DNA from: an uncultured Gemmatimonadales bacterium
GTDB lineage: Bacteria; Gemmatimonadota; Gemmatimonadetes; Longimicrobiales; RSA9
Reading direction: 5' to 3'
NCBI GenBank assembly: GCA_963741945.1
Contig: CAVUKA010000002.1
Coordinates: 64,001 to 128,000 of the forward strand
DNA length: 64,000 nucleotides
The notes under the pieces are model-generated. The model searched no databases. It saw only the letters and a list, made by a program, of their open reading frames with translations, and was not told where the DNA came from. Shown piece by piece: positions 8,451 to 20,299 of this stretch; position 1 is the stretch's first letter; every line of letters begins with the position of its first letter. A program made the position numbers and the translations under genes.

Positions 8451-10721
8451 TCAGAAGGAAGGGCCGATCCCCACGTCCACTCGCCAGTCCCCGCTGGTGG
8501 CGTAGCCGAGCCCGCCGCCCAGTGGGCCGAACGGGGTGCTCCAGACGAGTCCGGCCCGGACGCCGCCGATCCACGCGTCGCCCGTCCATCCCGACGGGCG
8601 CTCGGCCGCGGCGCCGGCGCGGAGCTGGAAGCGCAGGAACCCCTCGAGCGCCACGGGGCAGGCGACGTCGAGCCCGGCCACCAGCACGGCCGGTGCGCGC
8701 CGCTCGCCCCAGCGCAGCCCCGGCACCCCGTCGCCGCCGCCCAGCGCGGGCCACGCGTCCACGGCCGCGTGGCCGCCGGCGGCCGCTCCCGTCTGTCCGC
8801 CCGCACCCCCCGACGGCGACCCGCCACCGGGGAGATCGCCCACCCAGGTGAGGTCCGCGAGCGCGGCGACCCGGAGTGGCCCCACCTGGTCCCGCAGGCT
8901 GCCCCGGGCCCGGGCACGGGCGTAGCGGAACGCCCCCGCGCGCGCTTCCATCTCCACCAGCGCGGGCACCCCCACGGGATCAATGGCGGCGCCCGCATCG
9001 CCCAGCTCCAGCCGCGGCCCCCACACCACGCCTTCACCGCCCCCATCCTCGCGCACCCATTCCACCCGCGCCTCGGCGAGCGCCCGCACCTCCGGCGAGA
9101 CGCGCCGGTAGCCCAGTCCCACCCGCCCCCCGGCGCGCCTCACACGCTGCTCCCCCGCGATGGCGCCGCCCGGCCCGAAGCGGCGCACGTCGGTGATGCG
9201 CCCGAACCCCCCGACCTCCAGGTCGACGCGGGGAGCGCGCGGCAGTACCAGCCGGGCGGAGCCGGTGATCCACTGCTCCAGCTCCTGCACGGCCGCCGCG
9301 GCGGTCAGCTCCGCCGGCGCCATACTCGCCAGCCGATGACGCACCCCCGCCCACACGCGGCCGCCCCGGTCGGTATCGTACCCCGCCGAACCGAGTAGCG
9401 TGGTCACCGGAGCCGGGGTCACGTCCACCCGCAGCCGCGGCCGCGGCGCGTCGGCGGACGGATCCGACGGGTCCACGTACGCCCACACGGCGTCCACCAG
9501 CCCGCTGGCATAGAGGGCGTCGGCGGCCGCGAACACCGCATCCGGGTCGTACGGTCCGCGGACGGCACCGGCCAGGGCGTCCCGCGCCATCCCCGCGATG
9601 CCGGGCTCGGGGGCGTGCACGTCCACCCCCGCGAAGCCTGCTGGCGGAGGCGGCAGAGCGCGCCAAGCGGGGGCGCCGGAACGCAGCGCGCTGGCGGCGG
9701 GGCCCAGCGTCGCCAGTGTGGCCCGCAGCCCGAGCCGGATGAGCGGGCCGGCGTCGCGCGGGAAGGAGGCCGCGGACATGCCCTGCGGGATGTCCGGCAG
9801 CACGAGGAAGTCGGCCCGCACCGAGTCCGGCGCGGTGTTCAGGATCAGGAGCCGCAGCGCGCGCGTCCCCAGGTCCACCATGGTGAGCCCTTCCAGCGAG
9901 GGCGATGGCCGGATCACGTCCACGGCGATGACGGTCGTCGCCCCCAGGTCGCGCGCGACCTGGATCGGCAGGTTGTCGGCGATCCCGCCATCCACCAGCC
10001 ATCGTCCGCGCCATTCCACGGGCGCGAACGCGCCGGGGACGGCCATGCTGCCGCGGACCAGCCGCGCCAGGTCGCCACGCCCCAGCACCAGCGACGAGCC
10101 CGTGCTCAGGTCCGTGGTCACCACCCGGTAGCGGCGGGGAAAGCGGTCGAAGTCGCCGCGCGCCCGGACCTGCGCGTCGAACAGCAGGCGCACCATCTCC
10201 CGGTTGATCCCGCGGTCCGGTACCAGCCCCTGCTCGAGCCCCGGGCGGCGAGTCCCCATGGGCCAGCGCAGCAGCGGGTGGAGCGGGGCCGCGTCAGGCC
10301 CGATGAACACGGCGCCCGGGGCGAACAGCCGCATCCAGTCGCGCCGCTGCATGAGAGCCCGGATCTCCGCCGGGTCCCGCCCGCTGGCGTACAACGCGCC
10401 GATGATGGCGCCCATGCTCGCCCCGGTGACGATCGCCGGCTCGATCCCGAGGCTGTCCAGTCCGGCGACGACGCCCGCGTGCGCCAGTCCCCGGGCTCCC
10501 CCGCCACTCAGCACCAGCGCCTCCTGGCCCGTGGCCGCCGCGGCACCGGCGCCCGGAACCACGCCGGCGCGGGGCGCCGCAAGCGCCGCAGGCATGGCCA
10601 GGAGCAAGAGCATGCGCCGCACGAGCCTCCTCGCGTACGGGTCCGCGGCCGCGACCGCTCCGGCCGCGTTCGCTGCTACGATGGCATGAACGAGGCTGGC
10701 ACGCACGCGCCCGTGTCCCAT
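8451..10721 (-). CDS. Patatin-like phospholipase with C-terminal outer-membrane beta-barrel (PlpD-like); start may be 10613
   Basis: GGGARG, GASMG and DGG motifs; beta-strand-rich C-terminus ending in Phe. Confidence 0.8.
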   Translation of the reverse strand: MGHGRVRASLVHAIVAANAAGAVAAADPYARRLVRRMLLLLAMPAALAAPRAGVVPGAGAAAATGQEALVLSGGGARGLAHAGVVAGLDSLGIEPAIVTGASMGAIIGALYASGRDPAEIRALMQRRDWMRLFAPGAVFIGPDAAPLHPLLRWPMGTRRPGLEQGLVPDRGINREMVRLLFDAQVRARGDFDRFPRRYRVVTTDLSTGSSLVLGRGDLARLVRGSMAVPGAFAPVEWRGRWLVDGGIADNLPIQVARDLGATTVIAVDVIRPSPSLEGLTMVDLGTRALRLLILNTAPDSVRADFLVLPDIPQGMSAASFPRDAGPLIRLGLRATLATLGPAASALRSGAPAWRALPPPPAGFAGVDVHAPEPGIAGMARDALAGAVRGPYDPDAVFAAADALYASGLVDAVWAYVDPSDPSADAPRPRLRVDVTPAPVTTLLGSAGYDTDRGGRVWAGVRHRLASMAPAELTAAAAVQELEQWITGSARLVLPRAPRVDLEVGGFGRITDVRRFGPGGAIAGEQRVRRAGGRVGLGYRRVSPEVRALAEARVEWVREDGGGEGVVWGPRLELGDAGAAIDPVGVPALVEMEARAGAFRYARARARGSLRDQVGPLRVAALADLTWVGDLPGGGSPSGGAGGQTGAAAGGHAAVDAWPALGGGDGVPGLRWGERRAPAVLVAGLDVACPVALEGFLRFQLRAGAAAERPSGWTGDAWIGGVRAGLVWSTPFGPLGGGLGYATSGDWRVDVGIGPSF

Positions 10722-10803
10722 ATGTTGCGCCGGCCGCGGCGCGGCGAGGCCCGGACCGGGATACGCGCCGCGCGGAAGCTTGCGACTCCCTCGACTGCGG
10801 ATC

Positions 10804-12372
<1,569 letters not shown>

Positions 12373-12501
12373 GCGAAGACCCGACCGTCGATCCGGACGC
12401 GGCACCCGTGCGCCCTCCCCCCCGCCCTGCGCTGCGGCCCGGATCTTGACCCGGCTCGAGCGCGGATGGCCAACCCGCCAAAGCGAAGGGAGAGAAACGG
12501 C

Positions 12502-12846
12502 ATGGAAGACACGCGCGCGGCAGTCCGCACCCTCGGCTGGCTCAGCATCGCGCTGGGCGCGACCTCCGTCCTGGCCCCCGGCCTCCTCGGCTGGCTCGCC
12601 GGTCAGCGCCCCCGGCGCCTGGTGCCCCGCGTCCTCGGCGCCCGGGACCTCGTCATCGGCACCGGCCTCCTCGCCGCGGCCGACGCCCGCCCCTGGCTGC
12701 GAGCCCGTCTGGCTGCCGAGATGATGGACACCGGGCTGCATGCGACGGCCGGCCTGGTCGGCCTCTTCGGCCGCAAGCGCGCATTCCTCGCCGCCCTCAC
12801 CTCCGTCACCGCCGGCGCCGTCGAGCGGCGATTGCTCCAGGCCTGA
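12502..12846 (+). CDS. Small membrane protein of unknown function
   Basis: GGGAGAG RBS; LGWLSIALG..LAP..GARDLVIG hydrophobic pattern. Confidence 0.6.
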   Translation: MEDTRAAVRTLGWLSIALGATSVLAPGLLGWLAGQRPRRLVPRVLGARDLVIGTGLLAAADARPWLRARLAAEMMDTGLHATAGLVGLFGRKRAFLAALTSVTAGAVERRLLQA

Positions 12847-12938
12847 GCCGCCGCCGGCGAGGCGTTCACACCGCGCGGCGTTTCACCCGGCGGCTGGGCA
12901 CGCGCCGGGCGCGGCACGCTGCCGTGGCCGCCCGCGGC

Positions 12939-14399
12939 TCAGTGGCCGGCTCCGTCGCCCGCGCCCATCCCGGCTTCGATCTCCGCGATCTCCCGCGGTG
13001 CGTCCACGCTCAGCCGCTCCACGCCCGTGTCCGTGACCAGGTAGTTGTCCTCGATCCGGACACCGATGGTGTCGTAGCGGCGGACCGCGTCGCCGACGGC
13101 TTCGATGAATGCCCGGTTCTTCGGCGTGTCCCCGAGCAGCCCCAGGGCGCGGGCGCTGACGTAGATCCCGGGCTCGATGGTGAAGACGTCCCCTGGCTGG
13201 AACGTCCGCTCGCCCGAATAGAACTGCGCCGGGTCGTGGACCTCGAGGCCGATGCCGTGGGAGATGCCGTGGATCATGAACAGCATCCCCTGCAGGCATT
13301 GCGACGGCTGCGCTTCACAGTCCACCGGCCACGGCGGGTCGTACGTCGCTTCCGGCGACTGGATCAGCCCGAGCCGCGTGAGCCCTTCGAGCCGGGTCAT
13401 CACGGACGCTTGCAGCGACGCGGCGGCCGGCGCTCCGGGGCGCACCGCCCGCTCCGCCGCTTTCTCCGACGCGAGCACCAGCGCGTAGATCTCGCGCTGC
13501 TCCGGTGAGAACCGGCCGCTGACCGGGAGCGTGCGCGTCAGGTCACCCGTGTAGCCCTCGACTTCCGCACCGATGTCCATCACCACCACCTCACCCGCCC
13601 GCATCACCCGGCCGTTCCGCGAGTAGTGCAGTGTGGTGGAGTTCGGCCCCGAGCCGACGATGGTGGAGAAACCGGGCCGGGCCGCGTTCCGGCGGAACGT
13701 GTGCTCGATGGCGGCCTGCACTTCGTACTCCCCCGCTCCGGGCCGCACGGCGCCGAGGGCCACGCGGTGCGCTTCGGCGGTGACGGCCACCGCCCGACGC
13801 AGCAGCGCCGCTTCCGCCTCGCTCTTCTTCGACCGCAGCCGCATGAGCTCGGGATGCAGGTCTCGCACTTCGAGCTCCGGGTGCCGCGCCACCAGTCGCT
13901 TCACGAACGCGCCACCCCGCGTCAGCGAGTCCTGCGCCGCGTAGTCGTCCGACTCGAAGTCACGCAGCTCGAACAGCGGCACGCCCGCCGCCACCAGGGA
14001 GTCCACGTGCCCGTCCAGCTCCCCCATCGGGCGCACGCGGAACCCGGTCCGCTGCGCCAGCGCCGCCGGATCCTCGCGGAAGCCGTCGTAGAACTGCGTC
14101 CGGACGGTGGGCGTGGCCGTGAACAGCGTGGGCCTCACCCGACCCTGGTCGCCCAGCATCACCAGCACCGCGTCCGGCTCGTGGAAGCCGGTGAGATACT
14201 CGAAATCCGGGAGCTGCCGGAAGTCCGAGATGTGGCCCACGGAATTCCGCACGCCGAAAGCGATGACGGCGCCCCGCCCCATGATGGCGCCCACCGAGTC
14301 CCTGCGGGCGGCGAACTCGCCGGGCGTCACCTGGGAGCGGGCGGGGGCGGCGGCGGAAACCGTGGCCAGGATCGCCACGAGCAGCGGGTATGGACGCAT
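12939..14399 (-). CDS. Exported Xaa-Pro aminopeptidase (M24B)
   Basis: LHY, MDIGAE, GDLTRT, HGISHGIGLEVHD, TIEPGIY and VRIED metal-site motifs; signal peptide. Confidence 0.9.
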   Translation of the reverse strand: MRPYPLLVAILATVSAAAPARSQVTPGEFAARRDSVGAIMGRGAVIAFGVRNSVGHISDFRQLPDFEYLTGFHEPDAVLVMLGDQGRVRPTLFTATPTVRTQFYDGFREDPAALAQRTGFRVRPMGELDGHVDSLVAAGVPLFELRDFESDDYAAQDSLTRGGAFVKRLVARHPELEVRDLHPELMRLRSKKSEAEAALLRRAVAVTAEAHRVALGAVRPGAGEYEVQAAIEHTFRRNAARPGFSTIVGSGPNSTTLHYSRNGRVMRAGEVVVMDIGAEVEGYTGDLTRTLPVSGRFSPEQREIYALVLASEKAAERAVRPGAPAAASLQASVMTRLEGLTRLGLIQSPEATYDPPWPVDCEAQPSQCLQGMLFMIHGISHGIGLEVHDPAQFYSGERTFQPGDVFTIEPGIYVSARALGLLGDTPKNRAFIEAVGDAVRRYDTIGVRIEDNYLVTDTGVERLSVDAPREIAEIEAGMGAGDGAGH

Positions 14400-14577
14400 G
14401 CGGTGAAGCCTCCGGATGGGGACGAGAGCGTGGCCATCCCTATTTGAACGCCCGTCCATTGCTCCCACAAGAGCCCGCCCTCCCAACCTTCCGCACCCCC
14501 GGGAGTGTCCCATGCACCGGGGAGAGGGATGACCGCGCCGGCGGCGGATAGGGCGAGACCGCTGGCGTGGAGCGACC

Positions 14578-17025
14578 ATGATGCAGCAGGAGACCGGCAT
14601 GAGAGCGGGTACGGGGTGGATCGATGCGCTCGCGCGGGACGTCCGCGTCGGCGTCCGGGCCCTGGCGAGGCGACCGGCGTTCACCGTCGTCGCCGTGCTG
14701 ACGCTGGCGCTGGGCATCGGCGCCTCGGTGGCCATGTTCGGCGTGCTCGACACTGCGCTGCTGCGCGCGCTGCCGTACCGCGAGCCCGGCCGCCTGGTCG
14801 TGGGCCGCACGCTTTGGCCGGACGGTAGCGTGGGCAGCACTGTCTCCGCCCCCGACTACCACGATGTGCGGGAACGGGCGGACGTGTTCGACGCCACGGG
14901 CGCGCTGACCCCGTTCGATGTCGAGGCCACGATCACCGGCGACGGGGAGCCCGAGCGGCTGAACGCCCGCTTCGTCTCGCCCGGCTTCTTCCGCCTCCTC
15001 GGCGTCGCACCCGCGCTCGGCCGTGAGTTCCGGGCGGAAGAGGGAGAGCCCGGGCTCGCGCCCACCGTCCTCATCAGTCACGAGCTGTGGCAGCGGCGCT
15101 TCGGCCGCGACCCCGCGCTGGTCGGCTCGAGCATCACCCTGGACGGCACCCCCGTCACTGTGGTGGGCGTGCTCCCCGCCGGCTTCTCCTTCTTCGGGAG
15201 CGCCGACGTCTGCATGCCCATGGTCCGCGGCGGGCCGTACGGATCCGGCCGCCAGTTCCACAACTGGCTCGTCGTAGCGCGGCTCCGGGACCACGTCACG
15301 CTGCAACAGGCGCGGGCGGACGTCGACGTCATCATGGGGCGCCTCGCCGCCACCTATCCGGCGTCCAATCGCGACAAGGGCATGGTCCTCACTCAACTGG
15401 CCGATGCCCTGGTCGAGCGCTTCCGCTCCAGCCTGCTCCTGCTCGGCGGCGCGGTCCTGCTCGTGCTCCTCATCGCGTGCGCCAACGTGGCCAGCCTCCT
15501 CCTCGCCCGCGGCGCCGGTCGTCGCGCCGAGATCGCCATGCGCACCGCCCTCGGCGCCGGCCGCGCCCACCTCGTCCGGCAACTCCTGACCGAGAGCGCC
15601 CTCATCGGCATCGCCGCCGGCGTTCTCGGCACGGCCATCGCCTTCGCCCTCAGGCGCGCGGTCCTCGGCATCGTGCCCGCCACGGCGGGCAGCCCGGATG
15701 CCGCCGCGTTCCGCCCGGCCGCACTGCTCTTCGCGCTCGGCATCACCGCCATCACCGTCCTGCTGGCCGGCCTCGCCCCGGCGCTCATGGCGACCCGCGT
15801 CGATCCGGCCGGCGACCTCCGCGATGGGGCCCGTGGCACCACCGCATCCCGGGCCTGGTTCCGGAGCGGGCTCGTCGTCGCCCAGGTCGCCCTCTCCATC
15901 CTCCTCCTGACCGGGGCCGGCCTCCTCACGCGCAGCTTCCTGACGCTGAGCAGCGTCGACCCCGGATTCCGCACCGGCGGGCTCCTCACCGCCGACGTGA
16001 GCCTCAGTCCCACGGCCTATCCGGACCCGGACCGGCGCGTCCTGTTCTTCCAGGAGCTGGAGCGACGCGCCCGGGCGATCCCGGGCGTGGAGGACGTGGC
16101 GTTCATCAGTCGACTCCCCATCCGCGACTGGGGCGGGAACGTGGCCGCGTGGAACACGGAGCACCCGCCGGCGGATGCGTCCGAGTGGCGCCTGGCGTAT
16201 GTCCGGACCGTGCTCCCCGGCTACTTCGACGCCATGGGCATTCGCATCGACCGTGGTCGGGACTTCGACGCCAGCGATATCGCCGGCGCCCAGCCTGTCA
16301 TGCTCATCAGCGAAGCGATGGCCCGGGCTCTCTTCCCGGGCGAGGACCCCATCGGCCGTCGCGTGGCCGTGGACGCCGGCCCGGAAGCGCCGCAGTTCGA
16401 AGTGGTCGGCGTCGTCGGGGACGTGCGTACGGCCGGACTCATGAACGCGGCCGGAATGACCATGTACTTCCCCCACGCCCAGCGCCCCACACCCGGCATG
16501 CGCATCGCCGTTCGCCACGCGGGCGGCCCCGCGGCCGCGGCCCTCCGTGACGTGCTGCGCGAGCTCGACCCCGATGTGCCGCTCGCCGGCGTCCGCACCA
16601 TGGACGAGGTCATCAGCCACGCCGTGGCCTTCCCCCGCGCCATCACCCTCGTCCTCGCCGCGTTCGCCGCCGTCGCCCTCTTCCTCGCCGCTCTCGGCCT
16701 CTACGGCATCCTCGCTTTCCAGGTCACCGAGCGTCGCCGGGAGATCGGCATCCGGGTCGCCCTCGGCGCCGGTAGCCGCAACGTCCTCACCGACGTCATC
16801 GGCCACGGTCTCCGTCTCCTCGCCCTCGGCCTCGGCTTCGGCGTTCCCGCCGCGCTCCTCGGCGGCCGGTTCATCGCCAGCCAGCTCTTCCAGACCACCA
16901 CCCGCGACCCCGCTACGTTCGTCACCGTCGCGCTCGTCCTGCTCGCCGCCGCCCTGGCCGCTTCCGCGCTCCCCGCGTGGCGCGCCCTGCGCGTCGACCC
17001 CGCCACCGCCCTCCGCCTGGAGTGA
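14578..17025 (+). CDS. ADOP-type duplicated MacB/FtsX ABC permease
   Basis: LTLALGIGA, LLIACANVA and RRREIGIRVALGA motifs; ends DPATALRLE; no adjacent ATPase. Confidence 0.9.
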   Translation: MMQQETGMRAGTGWIDALARDVRVGVRALARRPAFTVVAVLTLALGIGASVAMFGVLDTALLRALPYREPGRLVVGRTLWPDGSVGSTVSAPDYHDVRERADVFDATGALTPFDVEATITGDGEPERLNARFVSPGFFRLLGVAPALGREFRAEEGEPGLAPTVLISHELWQRRFGRDPALVGSSITLDGTPVTVVGVLPAGFSFFGSADVCMPMVRGGPYGSGRQFHNWLVVARLRDHVTLQQARADVDVIMGRLAATYPASNRDKGMVLTQLADALVERFRSSLLLLGGAVLLVLLIACANVASLLLARGAGRRAEIAMRTALGAGRAHLVRQLLTESALIGIAAGVLGTAIAFALRRAVLGIVPATAGSPDAAAFRPAALLFALGITAITVLLAGLAPALMATRVDPAGDLRDGARGTTASRAWFRSGLVVAQVALSILLLTGAGLLTRSFLTLSSVDPGFRTGGLLTADVSLSPTAYPDPDRRVLFFQELERRARAIPGVEDVAFISRLPIRDWGGNVAAWNTEHPPADASEWRLAYVRTVLPGYFDAMGIRIDRGRDFDASDIAGAQPVMLISEAMARALFPGEDPIGRRVAVDAGPEAPQFEVVGVVGDVRTAGLMNAAGMTMYFPHAQRPTPGMRIAVRHAGGPAAAALRDVLRELDPDVPLAGVRTMDEVISHAVAFPRAITLVLAAFAAVALFLAALGLYGILAFQVTERRREIGIRVALGAGSRNVLTDVIGHGLRLLALGLGFGVPAALLGGRFIASQLFQTTTRDPATFVTVALVLLAAALAASALPAWRALRVDPATALRLE

Positions 17026-17043
17026 GACGCGGCCATGAATGCG

Positions 17044-17072
17044 GGAGGGGGCGCCGACCCGGTGCCCCCTCC
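17044..17072. terminator. Hairpin terminator between convergent genes
   Basis: GGAGGGGGCGCCG-ACC-CGGTGCCCCCTCC (13 bp, one G-U) followed by a T-rich tail. Confidence 0.6.
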
Positions 17073-17115
17073 GTTCCTTCGTTCGTGCCGCCCCACGGGC
17101 GGCTCAACCCACGCC

Positions 17116-17316
17116 TCAGCCACCGCCCGTCCACGCGTTCGTCGAGCAGGCGCCGCCGCCACCACCACCACCCAGGAACGCCGACGCGGACATGGCCAGC
17201 TCCGTATGCTCGCTCCCGCACTCCTTGCACACCGGCGCTTCCTTCCGCTGGCTGATGCGGCGCATCGCTTCGAAGCGGCGGCCGCAATCCGTGCACTGGT
17301 ATTCGTACAGAGGCAT
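17116..17316 (-). CDS. FmdB-family zinc-ribbon protein
   Basis: MPLYEYQCTDCG...CKECGS; GGGAG RBS. Confidence 0.9.
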   Translation of the reverse strand: MPLYEYQCTDCGRRFEAMRRISQRKEAPVCKECGSEHTELAMSASAFLGGGGGGGACSTNAWTGGG

Positions 17317-17326
17317 CGTGTCTCCC

Positions 17327-17346
17327 TATTGCATGACTATGCAGTA
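17327..17346. promoter_or_regulatory. AT-rich palindromic operator-like site
   Basis: TATTGCAT-GACT-ATGCAGTA immediately upstream of the FmdB RBS. Confidence 0.4.
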
Positions 17347-17395
17347 AGCTAATCCGTCCGCCGCCCGTGTTCCAGCCCCCCTCGCGTCCTCCGCC

Positions 17396-18506
17396 TCAGC
17401 GGTACACCCGCGGGTTCACCACCACGCGCTCCAGCCACAGCTCGACGTAGGCCCATTCGCCGCGCGGCTCCGTCCACCGCGCCTCGCCATGCGCGGGGAG
17501 GCGCAGGCCATCGAAGTCACGGTGGTCGGACAGTGGTGTGGACCATCGAAAGCGGCGGTAAGTGGTCCCGTCGAGGGACTGGAAGCGGTCGTCGGAGTGA
17601 AAGTCGACCAGGTCGCCGGCATCATCGAAATGGAGGACGCCGGAAACGGTCCAGCCCGCGTTGGAGAAGGTGGCGCGAACGCGGCGCGAGTCCAGCGGCT
17701 CCCATTCGATGGGCGCGTCCACCAGGGCGCCCGGTGCCATGAAGACCATGTCGTTCAGCACGGTCACGGTCTCGCTGCGCGTCATTTCGGGCCCATCGGC
17801 ATCGAGGACGGTGAGGAGGCCGAGGACGCGGCCGCGCATGGAGGCGGCCGAGCCGCTGTAGCGATGGAAGACGTCCACCGGCACACCGGTGCGGCGTGCA
17901 TCCATGAAGAAGAGACGGGTAGGCGGATCGAAGGTCTCGTACTGCCGGACGCGCCCGTTCATCCACGGCTGGTCCGGCCCGCTCCGGATGCGGCTCCTGC
18001 ATTCGACGAAGATGCCGTGGACGTGGGGACTGCCCACGACGCCGGCGCTGGCGGAGGAAGCGCGCCACCGGCTCGGGCAGGCGGTCCAGCTCGTCCGCGG
18101 TGATCGGCCGGTCCTCCGCCGGCATCGTGCTCAACAGCCGGGCCGCTCCGCTGCGGTATTCCGACCGGAGGCTGGACGGGCGGGTGTTCAGGGCGGTGAT
18201 CAGGAGCGGGACGAGGATGAGGATGTTGGCGATGGTGCCGAACCGGGCATCGCTCCACGCCGCGATGATCAGCGCCTGGGAGAGGACCACGCCTGGAGCC
18301 GCCGCGAGCCACCACCACCGGGGCGCCGCCAGGACCAGCACGGCGGCAGCGACGAGCAGCACCGCCGCGGCCAGCCACAGCACGCCCTCGCGCGGGCCGA
18401 TTTCCCGCTGCAGTTGGGACACGTCGGCCAGTCCGAACGCCTTGACGAAGCCCAGCAGGTGGATCGCGCCGTGAACTGCGAGCAGCACGACGAGGAAGAT
18501 GCGCAT
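17396..18506 (-). pseudogene. DUF6544/DUF6920-like membrane-anchored protein, frameshifted near 18050
   Basis: N-half (HGAIHLLGF...DARFGTIAN...LPEPVARFLR) and C-half (SAGVVG...SETVTVLND..P...FHSDDR) lie in different frames; removing one base restores continuity. Confidence 0.75.
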
Positions 18507-18563
18507 CGGCAGCTCCCGATCGGGGTGGTGTCGTGGCGGGCACCCGGCCGCCTCCGTCTCATC

Positions 18564-19202
18564 CTAGCCCGACGTCACCCGTCCCGCCGTAGGGATTTCC
18601 CCCAAACCGCCGTCGCCACCCGGCTGACGTTCCCCCCGTCCGCCATACCCCGGTACCAGGATCACCATGAGCGTGCGGAGCCCCGGCACGCCGGGGTCCA
18701 GCGCGCCCGCCGTCACATACCCCACCGCGCCCGGAGTCCGGGCCACGTAGAGCTGCACGGCCTGCTGGGACTCCATGACCGGCGGCGGCTCGACCCCATG
18801 GAAGTAGAGGTCGTTCCAGTAGTCGGCCAGGTCCCGGGGAGACTGTCCCAGGATGGCGCGGGAGAAGCGGTCCCGGATGGAATCGGACGCCGGCAGGTTC
18901 ACGGGCGCGATGCGTCGCCCATCCGCCCAGAAGCGCCGGCGCAGCATGAAGATGCGGCGCAGCTCGGCCGTGGTGAGGGAGCCCCGGCCGGGGTCGACGT
19001 CCGCATTGGCGATGACGACGATGGCGGCCGCGGGGAGGTCGTCGGGGTCGAGCCCCTGCCCCTGCGCCGGGGCCACCCGGATCGCGGTGAGCAGCAGCGC
19101 GCCGGCAGTGACCAGCGCCGAAACCGCGGCGCCACCCCGTCCCGGGACCCATGACCGCGGCGGGCGCAAGTTCAGAAGATCCCCGAAACGGACAGGTACC
19201 AT
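18564..19202 (-). CDS. PstS-like periplasmic binding-domain protein; start uncertain
   Basis: IVVIAN...LRRIF...W.DG...PVNLP...YW...PP...V...PGAVGYV pattern; signal-peptide-like stretch. Confidence 0.7.
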   Translation of the reverse strand: MVPVRFGDLLNLRPPRSWVPGRGGAAVSALVTAGALLLTAIRVAPAQGQGLDPDDLPAAAIVVIANADVDPGRGSLTTAELRRIFMLRRRFWADGRRIAPVNLPASDSIRDRFSRAILGQSPRDLADYWNDLYFHGVEPPPVMESQQAVQLYVARTPGAVGYVTAGALDPGVPGLRTLMVILVPGYGGRGERQPGGDGGLGEIPTAGRVTSG

Positions 19203-20278
19203 CCGTCGGGAACGCGGAAGGAAGGTCTGTCCCGGAGCTGCCGGTCGAACTTCACAGTCCAGTGGCGGCTCGGCCGGAGCGTGAGGCCCAGGGTCTGGAT
19301 CGAGAGCGGGCTGTCCACCACGGGGTCGTAGTACTCGGTCCGGCCCACGGCATACAGCCCGACGGATCGCGCCACCGGCACGGCCAGCTGGACGAACGCC
19401 CCACGTTCCTGCGGCGCCACTGCGGTGGACGAGAGCGTCGTCGCCTCCGCCAGCAGCTCGACGCCGTGCACCCGCCACGACAGGTCGACGCCCAGCAGTC
19501 CGCGGCTGCCCGCGTCCTCCTTCCACTCCTCGTCCGGGCTCTCCTCGCTCCCGCTGTCCGGGGCTTCACCATCATCGTCGGGGCCGAGAGGCCGCTCGGC
19601 CCGGAATGCCACGCCGCTCACGCCCACGAACAGACCCCGGAACACTTCGAGCGCGCCCCGGAAGCCGAACGCTTCCCGGAAGGCGCTCTCCTCGCTGTAC
19701 CGGAACGGCGCGCCCGGGACCGCGGCATACAGCGCGTACCCGGCATCGTGCCCCGCCAGTCCCACCACGCCCGTAGCCATCGCCCCCGTCATGCTCTTCG
19801 CGAACGGTCGATACGTGGTGAGCGGACGGTGGGCCGTCCACGTGAGCGGCTCGGCGTGCACTTCGTTCCACTGCCCCACGGGCGTGAGGAAGCGCCCAAT
19901 CCGCAGGCGCAGCGCGTCGGTGAACGCGTATTCCGCGTAGAGCCGGACCAGGTCGAGGCCCCGCTCCTCGACCCGACCCGTCCAGTTCTCGCGGGTCGTA
20001 CTGGCAACCTCCAACTCGCCGAAATAGCTTAGCCTCCGCGCCACTGTCCCCGAGAGCAGCAGCGCGGCATTGCCTTCGGTCACGGCCACCGCCGTACCTT
20101 CGCCGTAGCGGGTGGCCCGACCGAAGACCACGCCCCCATAGCCTCCAACATGCACCGCAGAGGCGCTGCTCACCGGCGGAGCCGGCAGCTGCGCCCGCGA
20201 CGGAGATGCCGCCGCGGCCAGCAGCGTGGCGGCCGTGATCGCGGTTGCGGCGGCGTGTGCGCGTATCGGTCGTTTCAT
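19172..20278 (-). CDS. Outer-membrane porin-like beta-barrel protein
   Basis: Signal peptide; YFGELE, LRIGRFLTPVGQWN..H, amphipathic strands, terminal Phe. Confidence 0.7.
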   Translation of the reverse strand: MKRPIRAHAAATAITAATLLAAAASPSRAQLPAPPVSSASAVHVGGYGGVVFGRATRYGEGTAVAVTEGNAALLLSGTVARRLSYFGELEVASTTRENWTGRVEERGLDLVRLYAEYAFTDALRLRIGRFLTPVGQWNEVHAEPLTWTAHRPLTTYRPFAKSMTGAMATGVVGLAGHDAGYALYAAVPGAPFRYSEESAFREAFGFRGALEVFRGLFVGVSGVAFRAERPLGPDDDGEAPDSGSEESPDEEWKEDAGSRGLLGVDLSWRVHGVELLAEATTLSSTAVAPQERGAFVQLAVPVARSVGLYAVGRTEYYDPVVDSPLSIQTLGLTLRPSRHWTVKFDRQLRDRPSFRVPDGWYLSVSGIF

Positions 20279-20299
20279 GGCTGAGAACCGGGAGCCCGG

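Noticed and set aside
18030-18070. Programmed ribosomal frameshift
   Set aside because: No slippery heptamer or homopolymer at the shift
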